In this document: positions 1-12,690 of the stretch, in pieces | Position numbering within the stretch: position 1 is the stretch's first letter | How the letters are laid out: each line of letters opens with the position of its first letter | NCBI GenBank assembly: GCA_965202585.1 | Contig: OZ241826.1 | Coordinates: 28,148,001 to 28,212,000 of the forward strand | DNA length: 64,000 nt | Source of the DNA: Thalia democratica | Lineage: Eukaryota | Direction: 5' to 3' | Made by a program: the position numbers and the translations under genes | The notes under the pieces: generated by a model | What the model saw: the letters and a program-made list of their open reading frames with translations, nothing else | What the model was told of the DNA's origin: nothing | Databases searched by the model: none

Positions 1-469
1 AATAATTTGTTTTTTATCTTCAAACTATACATACAAAGTCTTACCAAAATTTCAAGGTATAAACTTGAAGTATCTGTGACATATCAATGTTTATCAATAA
101 TTTCATATGAAATTCTGTATGTAGTTCCAAATTAAAAAGAAAAATTACCAAATGGTTTAAAGGTTTTTAATATTTTCGCAGCTATCATCAAACTTTATTG
201 TAATAAGTATTTGATAAATAATCAGTAATATTTTGTTAGATTTAAACAAGTTTTTATAGTTTTACATTAAGTACCTTTAAAGGTAATTTATGATTTTTTT
301 ATCACTTATTTAGTTAATGCGGATTTGTTGGTTTTTAAGCAATGCGAATTTAAAATTTTTAAACTTTAAACTGCTAGCTTTCTTTTTTAAAGTTGTTTTT
401 ATAGATTTACGTCTACTTACACTCGCGCAAAATTTTAGCGGTAAGTATATATCAATCTTTCAACTGTTT

Positions 470-3400
470 TTTATACCAATAGCAGTAAAAGGATACCTCC
501 TTTGCAATTAAACCTTTGAAACCAACTGAAAAATGTAATTTTATAAGGTTTTGCGCGCTTTTTTTGTTTGGTGGAAAATTCCATTTTTTATAAAACTACG
601 TTTTTTTGTACTCTAATTTTGGTTTTAGTATTATAACAAACTTTTGCTTTTTTAAAATATATTTATTTTGACTACAATTAAACTTATTTTTCCAATAATT
701 AAAATACTGACTTTAGTTATAAAATCAAAAAATTTTTAAACTATCAAAACATATGACACTTTTGTTGGCAATCTAAAAGTTAGGACATGTTTAAACTCGA
801 TAGGTACAAACGTAAACTTGTATTCAAAACCTTATTAAAAACTATATTAGACACAAACTGTTTTGAAGTTTTAAATTTCATAAGTTTAGTAAGAAGAATT
901 TTATTTAATAAACATGTGAACTAGTTTTGTATAGAGCTCGTAATATTTTACAAAAACAAATATGTTTTTTTATTTGTTACATAACAATTTGAACTGTTTT
1001 CTAAATATTTAAAAAGCTATATTTCAATTATTAATTTTTGTAATTTCTTTTACTTCTAGTTAATAACATTATGATAAAAAAATAAAAAAATTTAAATGTT
1101 AATAAATAGTTTTCAAAATTACTTAAAATTACTATATTAAAAAATTTACTTTAAACATATATATTTGAAAATAAAAAAAAATTGTAGATAATTAATAAGT
1201 TTACACGAACATTTTTTAATATATGTTACTTTGTGAGATATTAGCCTCTTGTTTATTTTTAAAATAATTTCAATTGTCCGAATTTGAATTGTCCGAGTTC
1301 AAATAGTTGTGTATCCTTTTTTATTGAATAACTTATAACTCTGTTTTTTTTTGTGAATTCTTAACGTATTATCACTTGTTTCTCCTTGAAAATAAACGGT
1401 TTAAGTGTTATTATTTGGTTATTTTGTTAATAATCTTTTATAAAAAGAATTGGAGCTAAAATTAATAGAAAAAGTTATTGTTTCTAAATACAAGAATCAT
1501 AAAGGTATTAATTATTTTAATAATAATACAAAACAGTTTGTTCACTAAACCAATAACTATTTTTTGGTAAAAGAAGCTTTCTTTAAGATATAATAAACTG
1601 AAATTTTAACTATAAATAATACACTTTTAACAGTACAGTAACAATGGCAGTAATATAGAAATAATTCTATTAACTTGATAAAAACGTCATCAAAATCAAT
1701 AAAACAAGATAAATTTAAAATTATACACGCTTAATTCATTTAGTCAACTTATAGAAACTTTTTGTTGTTGAAAATTCATAATATTAATTTAAAATGTTCG
1801 AATACGAAAATAACATAAACAAAAAAGGATAAAAAAACTTACATAATGTTAAGCAATACAAAAGCTAATATGAATATTTTTAATCTAAACATGGCAGTTA
1901 ACTAAATCTTTTTGAAATAAACTCTATTTCACAGGTAGTGCTTGTTCTTTTAAGACGTAGTTATTGGTAAGTTTTGTGACAAAAACTACTTTTAAAACCA
2001 CTAAAAATTCTAAATTTTAAAATGTTTGTTTTAAAACCAAAATCAAGTGGAGTTACATAAATTTTAGAAACATAACTTTTAAAAACATAGCTCAAAAAAT
2101 CAGAACAATATTTTATGGTTTACTTTTAACAACTCAAAGAAAACATCAGCGAAAGCCTACATAGCCTATGCCTTGACCTTCGTATACCTTGAGACAAATC
2201 TCAGATACTGTCCTCAGTCTACCGAAAGCTTGTGGTCGGATGATCGAAGTAGTAGGATCAAACCTTCATTTTAATAACTTTAGCATAAATACAAGCATAA
2301 GTAGTGTTATGATGTATCAAAATAATCACTATTAACAAGTCAACATGCAAAAGTATTCAAGTAGTTCTTTAACTTCACTTAATTTTGATTTTTTTATTAG
2401 GAATTAAAAATATCTCATAAGTTATAAATGTTTGAATTTGCAATCTAAGCTTATGATTTGATGACCTTTTACAAAATAAAACTGTGAACTGAACTAGCTA
2501 TTACATAAGTTTAATACTAAGACGGTTAAATAGCTTAATATCAAACTACTGATGTTTAAAAAAAACTTAGCGTTTTACTACAACTATTCTCTTATTTTTT
2601 ACTCTAAAAGTGTTACATTTAAATAGATTTTAATATTTCACAATTTAAAGTTCATTATTGTTTGTAAACAATAATATAGCCTATTAAAATTTTAAGTTTT
2701 TTTCAAAGCACGGCTTTTGAAAATTATATACATGCAATACGTTTCTTATTTTAAGCCATTATTTTTAGAAAGTCAGCGACATTTCTTTCTTTAATAAAAT
2801 AACTACTGTTCTAGATAAAATAAAGTTAACCAGAAGCACTTCGATAACTTACAAGCTTCTGATTGCCATCCTTTATGATATTAACAAGAAAGTTTTGAAA
2901 ATTGATAACCTTTTAACTTTAGTAAAAGTCTACACTACGTAAAAACTAGGAAAAGCCAAAGTATAATATTTTATAATTGTTAAAAGTTTAAAAAAGTAAT
3001 AAAACACCTTAAGTTGCAATTTAATCTAACAATATCATAAAATTTCGTATTTTTTAATTACAGTTATAATACTTTCAGTAGTAAATTTAAACTAATTTTA
3101 GCTTTAAGTTGTTAATATATACAATGAAGTTAGTTTAACAGATTATCTTACATTTAAGACTTATTAGACAAAAAAATTAAGACAAAATGATTTTATAAAA
3201 TTATTAGTTTTTTTTTTATGCATGACATATCACAAAGTAATAAGGCAGTGATCTTCAGGCTTTGTAAATTAACAGTCAAAAATTAAATAAAAAAGTATAT
3301 AGCTCCTTAAAATTTTAGTACCACCGGTTCACCAGCTATATCATTAAGCTTATTAGATTAACAATAAAAACATTAGTAGTTAATAAAATCTGTAATAACC

Positions 3401-3995
3401 TAATACTATAATTAATTTCAATTTATCCGCAGTTTTAAATACAAACTAGCTGAACTGTTAAAGTACGATGCGATTTCGGGAGTAAATAATTTTTTAACGC
3501 CTATATATATATATATTGTTTTATATCATTTAAACTACAGCTATTATAGTATTAACTGAAGTTATTAAATATTAAAATTTCTATGTAGCTCAAATGTATT
3601 GGAGGCAAAAATTATTAACGGGTGCAACTGGTATTTGCAACTTTCAACTATAAGAGTATAAATAGAAAAAGCAATATTTGTGAAAAAGGATAGCTCCTTT
3701 TGGTGAAAAACAGTTAGAAAACTTTTGAACAGTAATAAAAACTATACTTTACAACGTTTTTATGCAAGTACTAAAAAATAAAAACCTAAACTTATGACAA
3801 ATTTGCAATATTTATGATACTTTTGCATACTTAGTCACGGCTCAAAAATACTCAAGAATTAAATAATTAAAACTATTTTAAAATTAAAATTTTATTTAAG
3901 CAACATAATACTATAAGTTACTAGTATTAAAAAAATGTAATAGACTAAAACATTAAAAACTTTATGATAAACAGTCACCCGAGTTCGGAACCCAA
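470..3995 (+). repeat. Segmental duplication, direct copy of ~48810-52229 (5' flank of homeobox gene A)
   Basis: Collinear, highly similar sequence, e.g. 775-830 vs 49120-49170 and 2150-2250 vs 50380-50490. Both copies end at ...ataaacagtcacccgagtt[c/t]ggaaccca. Weaker similarity continues from 1-470 to ~47800-48370. A diverged piece also occurs at ~55430-55750, and 3100-3330 recurs inverted at ~39470-39720. Confidence 0.9.
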
Positions 3996-4311
3996 TTAAA
4001 TATTTGTTCATTTAAAATCTACTGAGAGCTACAATCAGTCAAGTAAGCCGGTTGGTGTAATGATAATTCTGTAAAAAATATCGAAAATTGTTTGTTACGA
4101 AGTAAAATAATTTTTTTTATTTTTTTTTTCAACCAATTTGTGATTTTAATGAAATATCATGTTAGTTAGGATTCTAAATGATTATACGTTATAAACAATT
4201 TTTTTCAAACAGTACTTAGGACTTTTTGAAAAATAAAAACAATTGTCACTTTTGGGTGTTTATAAAGACAATTTTTTTGTTTGAAATAAAGAAAGATAAT
4301 TTATTCAAATT

Positions 4312-6037
4312 CTATTGAACGCTAAAAACAACTAAATAAGCTGGAATCATGCCGATCAGCTGTTGCATGATTTCCATTCCGGTTTTAAAACAGCACCCTC
4401 TTGTGTCGGAGTTGGGAAAAATTTCCTCATCTGCGCGTTTGCCGTCGCTTGCCACGAAGACGAACGACTGCTTTCCGGGTTGTCCGTTCGTGACGCAGTG
4501 GCTTAATCCTTTCGAAAGTTGCCTGTTCAGGCTATTGGACGCGTAGCAAAAACAGTCGCCGACTCCGCACTCGCGATGATTCAACAAATCTTCAGGACTT
4601 TCAGGGTAGCCTCTCGTTAGTACTTTTAACACCTGGTTGGACTTGACTCCTTGCATGTAGAACGAGCCTCCGCACGTCTTTTTGCTTCCACCGACTGGGT
4701 TGATCCTGAAAAGTTGCTGGATTGCCGCTTTCGGGCTCATTTTGGTCATTGAACCGAGCACAAACTGGTGATCTTGATCTGAAGTTTGCAGCAGCTCCGC
4801 TTTGTACTTGGCGAAACCGTTGGTTTCTGAGATGCTGCTCGTTTCAAACATCAGTTGTCGCATTAAAGAGTCACTTTGCGTTCAAACTGATGCTTTGCAT
4901 GTTAAACTTCTGCCTGCTGATTGGCGTTTATTTCTTTTTTGAGCTCGGCAACAAAAGTGATCATTGAGCAGTCTTCGGAACTGACATGACTGTTTTGGAT
5001 CAACGTGTCTTTTGGCGGATCCGAAATTGGCAGGTTTTCTGAAAAGTTAGTTTTGCAGAGTTCGCAGTACAAAATGTGTTTCGCAAGCTCGCGTGAGCTT
5101 TGTTTTGTTTTGATTTCTATAAGGTATTCAAGAGTTACTAGATCGTGGTGAGCCACAAATATTCTTTTTTCGTCATTACCCACTTAAAACGTTCCCGAAA
5201 TATTTTTGTTTCCGTTGTTGTCAAACTCTCGGGCTTGAACGTCTTCCAATTGAACTTGTTTGTTGGAATGCGAACTTCGATCGAAAACTTTTAAAACGGG
5301 CTTGTAACTCAAACTGGAGTCAAGATTGAGAAACGACGAGTTTATAAACTTAGTTGAAGTTATCTTCTTACTGAATAACGGTTTGTGAGTAATAGACTGG
5401 TCATCTTTACACTCTCCACAAAGACCACTTGAACTTGCTAGCGTCTTTTTCACTTTGTTTACAAACAAGTAAGTCAAGTCTTTGGCGCTCCTATGGTCTT
5501 TTAAGTAGTTTTGACCGTAACGTTGAGCAATTTCAAAGCTGTTCGTCAAATAAATTCCGGGGCCAAGTCTACCAGAAGAAGAAGGCCTCAGTCCTTCTCT
5601 CAAGATTCCTTCTACGTTGCTACCTTTGGTGCCGTGAAGAAGCAGCAAGCTCGGACAACTGCAACGCTCGACACTTGATTTGACCCTGTAAAGCCTGAGA
5701 GCGACGTTTTTGTTCGAGTACTTTTTTAATTTGTTAGTTTTACCGCTCAAATTGAGCGATCCTTTCAACAAATTATAATCCGGATCGTCGTTTTCCAACA
5801 ACTGAAGCTCGTGCTTGGAATCCTTGGAAAGAGAACTTCTTAAATCCAAAGTGTTGCATTCAAACAACTCCAATGTAGCTTCCACCAATTCTTCTTTTTC
5901 TGTATCGAATTCTTCGACCATTTCTTTGATTCAGCTTTCGTCTTTTGCTTTTCTTCTTCGCAAAGACTGCACAAATAGTTCTGAGGACCAGAAAACTCTG
6001 AGATTGTCTGTTCTAAATATTCTTTGTTTGAGTACAT
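4312..6037 (-). pseudogene. Tandem ART/PARP-fold gene, paralog 1, pseudogene
   Basis: Four ORF fragments are collinear with the intact copy at 29987-31687. Lesions: 1-nt deletion ~5930, CAA>TAA at 5184-5186, GAA>TAA at 4902-4904, 1-nt deletion ~4870. Retains LLLHGT...GPGIYLT and the C-terminal PAYLVVFSVQ. Confidence 0.92.
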
Positions 6038-6379
6038 GATTTATTTACTAAATAATCTGTGAAAAAATGAAAATTAATTTTTTTTTAACTTTTTTTTGTT
6101 GTATACAAGTGATATTGTATAAACGTAATCACAGTAAATACCAAATAAATATATAAAAACAATTATCTCAAAAATGTATAACATAAGTTTTATACATGTA
6201 AAACCCCTTTAAAGAATTTTTGTTTGAGACAAACTGTATATAAATAATCATTGTTCAATTTTTAGACTTAAAAGTAAACTTATTTAACTCATGTAAATAG
6301 TAAACTTTTTCAAAGTAAGTAGTTAATGTACTTGTAATGTTAATGTAATATTAATAATGTAATACAGGAAACAGTTGAA

Positions 6380-9080
6380 GACATATAAAGAATATTTTAT
6401 GGTGTTAAATGACAAATATTATTGAACAAAAATAAGTAGACGAGTAACAATGATCACTTATGACCTATTAACTTACATAGAATTTTATGTTTAATTATAA
6501 TATGATTTACACAAACACTATTAAACAAAAAGAAAAAATAATAAAACTTACATAACTTATAGTAATATTAAATAGCACTTAGGGCTATACTATATATAAT
6601 CAGGCATTTCATGAATGAACATGTTTTATACCAAGAACATGATTTATACCCACACATGGTTACCACTCGTTTTTACAAAACAGGGTTGCCACAGAACAAG
6701 CTGAGTAAAATTTCCTGACTTTTCATGACTTTTCTGAATCATTCTCTTAATTTAAACTTATTCTAAAATACATAATTTAACACTTTGAACTATATGACAC
6801 TTTTAATCTTATTTTGCTACAGGTAAAAACAGCAGTTTTATTTTTGCTGAATTCAATCATCAAACTTATTCTAAAATACATAATCCAACATTTGAAATTA
6901 TTTGAAGCTTTTAATCTTATTTGGATTCAGGTAAAAACAGCAGTTTTTTTTTCTGAATTCAATCATCAAACTTATTCTAGAATACATAATCCAACATTTG
7001 AAACTATTTGAAGCTTTTAATCTTATTTGGGTACAAGTAAAAACAACAGTTTTTTTTTGCTGAATTTAATCATCAAACTTCCATTACATCACTTGAACTA
7101 TCTGTGTATGATTGATGTATTTGAAATAAAAAGCTCTATAAGCAATTTACTTGTGTTATTAGCTTATAAACACAGCTTGTCTGAAAAAAGACACATTTTT
7201 TTAGCATTTAGTAACATATATACTTAAGTAACAGTAATAAAATACCAAAAAAATTACACTATATATTTTTTTTATAAAATGTATCCGCTTATTACTTAGT
7301 ATAATATTTCAACATATAAATCTATTCTTACTTTTATAAAAAACTTATGTTATTTTACAAAAAATACAAATGAGTAAACTAAGTCATTGCATATACCACT
7401 CTAATAAAATGTTTTATAAATTTAAACAACTTAAAAATATCATAAAGACTTAAAGTATACACATCAACTTGTTACTACTTAATTAAAAGAACTCAATTGT
7501 TTACGTAAAAAAAAGATTTTTGATTCTAAAATTATTCTAGAATAACTTTTGTGTATAAATTACAGTTCCACTTTGGAAGTGTCCTTACTTCAGATTATCA
7601 ATATTAAAAAGCTTAGAAAAACTGCTTGTTTAATATGTTTAAAGAAAATTTTTACAATTTTTTAAAGGATTTTTTATTAATTTATACCTGATGAAGGCAA
7701 TGGAAACTGAACTATTTTGTCAATTTCTAGGAAAACTTTGCAACTTTTTTCTGACTTTAAAAGATTTTTAATTATTTTTACCACATAGAGGCTTTGTAAA
7801 ATTTGGAATTTTGTAAATTAAAACTTATAAAACTAACTTTTTTTTTAATTTTGTATATATTCCTGACATTCCAGAATCTTTTTCATACCCCGCCTTTTCT
7901 TGACTTTTCCTTATTTCCTGACCTTTTAACAACCCTGTCGAAATTTTAGCTAGGTTTTCCAAATTTCTTCAAAGTTTTTAAAAGTACACATTTTGGGGTC
8001 TATTTTTATATTAAAGTTTAGTTTAAAGTAAGAAAATGTGTTCAATAACAGAAAAATATTTTAAAGCTACTTTATATGTATTTTATAGTAAAAAAATATA
8101 TTAATGATGACAAAAAAGTTTCATCTATTTGATAGAATTTTTTAGTCAAATCAAAATTTTACTACTGTAGATGTTAAAATTTTAAATTCCAGGTTTATTA
8201 GTGATTATTGTTCGAAATTCAAGGTTATTTTTTCAAAATTTCTCAAGTTCCAGGTTTTTTTTGCCTAAATTGTCAAATTCCAGGTTTTACCAGGTTTCAG
8301 GTAAAATGGAAACCCTGACCGAAACCATTAACTACAACAAATAAATAATTAAATTTACGAAACTAAAAGCTATATTATAAAATACTCAGGATTATTTTTT
8401 TAAAACTAGGCATTTCATGAATCAACATATATTATACTAAGAATAAATACAAACACTAACAAATAAATAAATCAACAAACTTTAGAAAATGATTTTAAAT
8501 AGAATAATAAAACATAATTTAAACCAAATCTATAAGAAATATTAATTTTTAATGTGAAATTAAATTGAAAACTGTTTACGGTATATAAAATACTCTAGTG
8601 AATTTAAAGAAATTATTTTAAATAACTAAAAACACAAATTACTATTCGAACAAAGTTTTGCAGCAGTAAGGGTGTCTATAATGGTCTTCTCTACAACAAA
8701 TGACTATTGATATATGACTATTGTATGCAAATGCAAACTTGCATCAGTAAAACAAGTGACTTTGCAAGCTTTCTCTTTAATGCTTGGATAAACAAGTGCT
8801 TTAACTTTTAATTTTGTTTCAGTTTAAACAGTTATCAAATTCATTCTTTTATTAAATTAAATTAAACTTTTTTAAAATTTAAATAGTTAACGAATGCAAT
8901 TTTATATCCTGTTCCACTTCCTCTTCTACTTTTGGAAGAGAGTCTTCACTCTACTTCTCATCTGCCATTTTGTTTTTTGAAAAATAAACACTACTCATCC
9001 CTTATAAGCAAGAAAAAAAAGTAATACATATCAAAATATAACTTGGTCTTAAACTAAAACTAAAGTTATATTTAAACTTT
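6380..9080. repeat. ART upstream module (putative 5'-UTR intron plus promoter) containing a degenerate non-autonomous DNA-transposon relic
   Basis: Inverted homologs at ~27060-29050 and ~37990-39400. Contains CAGGGTTGCCA (6681) and AACCCTG-ending motifs (7937, 8317) resembling TIRs, but no TSD was found. Confidence 0.75.
8660..8815 (-). promoter_or_regulatory. Conserved promoter-like unit upstream of ART paralog 1 (TATA degenerate)
   Basis: Homologous to units at 16320, 16810, 27245, 41180 and 42180. Includes an ATGCAAAT octamer on the + strand. About 2.65 kb upstream of the ATG, in gene orientation. Confidence 0.5.
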
Positions 9081-11559
9081 ATAGGAAGTTTTAATACTGC
9101 TAAAATCTACCAGGTGAAAGATTTTTAAAAAACACTACCTTAGTTATTTTTTAAATAACATTTTTAACTTTGTGTTTTAATTGCCATGCAGAGTTTAGGA
9201 GCTAAACAAGGTTTACTTAGTTTTATTTTTCCGTTCGGATAGTTCTTTTAACATTAGCAGAAAAACTTTAAGTGACTTTGATGGCTTTTTTGTTAAATCT
9301 TATTTGTAGCTAAGAGCCTTCTGAAAAATCTCTATTATTAATTTGACAATGTTTATGCGTAATGTCTTATGTAGCTTAAAGCCTTTTGGCAAATATATAT
9401 TTACAAGCTAGAAGAATTCTTTGCCGACTTTGGTTTTGACTAAGTTGCTGTATGAGGGGAGAAAATTTTTTTTTAACTCTGCGCATGTAGTTTCTAGGTT
9501 GTGTGATGCATTTAAATTCATTGATTGGTTGGAAGTCGCTAGTAATTTAATTTAATTTGAACTGCAGCTGCAGTAATTACACCCAAAGCCCTTTTAATGG
9601 TCAATGTCTGCTCAAAGTTATGTTTAAAGCTACAATTTCATATGAAAACACGACTAATGAGCACAATGAGGTCGTATTTAAGATGAGATAGAATCAGTTA
9701 AAATGTATAAAAGTCAAACATTTTTACCAAAACAACTTTGCATATATAATGAAAAATAATCTTTACTGCAACAATATCTCACGGACTACTATGCACAGTG
9801 CAATCCTAAAAAACAGGAATAGGCGTCATTGCAGTTTTCAATAACAGCCATTACCGAGCTCGCAGCTCTATGCCCCCATTTCATGTCAACGTTTTGATTT
9901 TGAAATTTTTTTAAAAATATAATTTTCTTTTTTTAAATTTATTCATGTTGTTTTTTTTTCATTTTACTTTGTTTGTTTTGTTGTATACAAAGTGTATAAT
10001 AATTAAAAAACTTATTTGTTTAATTTTCAATAGCTTATTCTCAATTTAAATACATCATTTAAGTAATATTTTAGTCTTTGTTTTGTACCGTTGAATCAAT
10101 ATCCTTCGAAATAAAACTGAAAGTTTGTGAACACTATATAAAAATCTTTGCTTTTGTACAAGAAACAAGGCTTTTATTTTAATTAGTTCAGCTCAATTCA
10201 TTACCGAGTAATTTTATATATAAAATACATTCAAGTAAGTAATAAAGCGACAAAATTTAGTAATAGAACGTTTCCAAAACCAAAGTAACGACGTAATTTC
10301 AAGTTTCTATTGTAGTTTGTTAATAGTTATGATACCAACCAACTCCAACTTGTATGAAACCAAAAACGTCAATTTTATAAATATTTTTGTATAAATATTT
10401 AGAACTGTGTTACTAAAACTAAGCAAAACAAATTAACGAAAAATTATATATTATTTTTATTATTATCGAGAAAATAACGAAAAATTATATATTATTTTGT
10501 ATATGTGTCGACTAGCGAGTTTTTATTTCTAATGTTAAAAAACATCGATAAAGTAATTATAACCAATACTCGAAAACCTAGAAAAGTTTATATTTTAAAT
10601 ACAACCAGAAAAATAGCTTTAATGAAGTTCCTTATTAGTATAAAACACTAAAATGCTTTATAAAAATTTTGTTCACTATTCTCTGTTGTGTAACTTTTTT
10701 AAGTTTTGTATGTTTAAGTCTGAAACATTTTAGTACTTTGGAGATTAGTGAGAAAAACTTATATAGTATTTCAGCTATTTGCCAACATTTGATAACAAGT
10801 TCTCACGGCTTTAAACACTACAATGTAAATAAATTGAAAATAATATGAAATATGGCAATAGTTTCCGTTCAAAGACTTTAAAATAAGGTTTATATTATCT
10901 AGTTTGAAACCTGAAGTCCTCACACAAATTAAATTAGTTTTTTATAACGTTGAATTTGCACTTTATATATGCATACATTATTATATTAAATGTCACAGTT
11001 TTTACATTCTCTTAATTAACTTGCATTGTAGTTTATTAATTGTATATAAACTTGTCCTAGTAAAAACATATCCTATTCAATTTTTAGTAATATTAACTAA
11101 GTTTAAAAAACTTATGACCGTGGACGAAAAAAAAACTTTGAATATTTATTTGTATTATAAAAACAAATACCAAAACAGCTATAATTGCCAAAATAAACAT
11201 GCACTATAAGTAATAACAGAATAATATGTTTAGGTACAATGTACAAGCATAAAAAAAATATTAGCTTTTAGTCATTAGTAACATAACATAAATGCAAGTT
11301 GACATAGGTTCTTTTCAAAAGCTGACAGTATTAGTATTACGTGTAACGCAATTTCGTTTGAAATGACCCTAAAAAACGTTTGTTTGGAAAGAGAATATTT
11401 TTGTGTCTTTTACTATTTAAAGGTATTACAAATATTATAAACTCTGTAATAAAAAGTTTATACAATCTAAATCAAAAATTAGCCTGATTTATCTTTTAAT
11501 TGGATTAGTTTCCTTTACAAGACTAATCGTATGCATATTGACACTTCTAAGGCAATTCA

Positions 11560-12690
11560 TATATATGTGCCGCTTACGCGGTAATTGTCTCTTTTTTACT
11601 TTCTTCTTTTTTCTCAAGCGAGTATAAATTCAACAATTGCGAGTAATTTTGACTTGTTTTAGTTTCTACTTTAGCAAACTGAAGTCAGTGCAGCTTTTCG
11701 CTGCACTTAAGTTTTAATGGTTTGAATCTTGTTGTCGATTTAATTTCGATTTTAGAACACTTTTTGAGTTTGATTTAAACGTTTAGTTTTTAGTTTCTTT
11801 GATTCAAGTATTGTCGTCTTTTAAAAGAATTGATAATTTGATTTATTAGTTTAATGTTGTGCAGTATTTTATCATCTTTTCGTTTCGCAAATTCATTGTA
11901 AATATAATCATTATCACAGATTCGAACTCAGTTTAAATTAGTATAAGTAACTGATTTATTAAACCTTTAGTAAATAGTAAGTAAGTCATAATAGTTTATT
12001 TAAGTCAACTATAATTTAAGAGTTATCTTGGGGGCATCTACTATATAAGTTAGAGCGCACCTTGCGTTATAAATCAGGCCAATAAAAGTGTATAAGTAGA
12101 AGTCTGGGTTAGCGACATATATATACAAGAGCTTTTACTAACAAAGTTAGATTAAAAGAGGCGCTCTAGTATTTCAATAGAAATACGACCTTCAAGCAAT
12201 GTTAAAACTCATCACGGAACTAATAATAAGGCTAATGCGACTCGGCCAACTTGCCAGATAAAAACTTTTTGTTGAAAAACTTGAACCCGTCTCACCGCAC
12301 AAAAAAGTCCAGGCGTAATCTCCGTAGACTTTGGCTAATGTTTTTGTTGATCGCCTTAACTATAGAAAAACAGCAGTGGAATTTTGTTTTGCTCAAATCT
12401 ACTGAAAGCTAAAATCTGTCAAGTAGGCCGATTGGTGTAATATAAAACCTGTAGAAAATATCGAAAATTTGTGCATTGGACAGTAAAATAACTTTCCATC
12501 TTTTTTAAACAAACCTGTGATTTTAATAAAATATTATGCTAGTTACCATTCTAAATAACTATTTGTTTAAAAATCTGTATAAAAAAAAGTGTATAGGACT
12601 TTCCGTAAATTAAAACATTAATATCTTTTATGTGTTAAAACAGAGAGTTCTATTGTTTCAACTACAAAAAGATGGTTTACTCAAAGTCTA
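11560..12690. repeat. ART downstream duplicon, inverted relative to 31690-31920 + 33630-33950 + 35470-36020
   Basis: Reverse-complement matches, e.g. 11580-11800 vs 35800-36010 and 12140-12380 vs 33700-33930. The ART3-side copy is interrupted by insertions. Confidence 0.85.

Noticed and set aside
2211-2217. Hammerhead ribozyme cores (CTGAGGA on minus here; CTGATGAG at 16359-16366)
   Set aside because: No properly placed GAAA. The first core is CTGCGAA in the duplicate copy and the second is CTAATGAG in a sister unit.
6681-8317. Independent recent MITE insertions with CAGGGTTGCC ends
   Set aside because: No TSD, and homology extends beyond the ends in the other copies, so they spread by segmental duplication.
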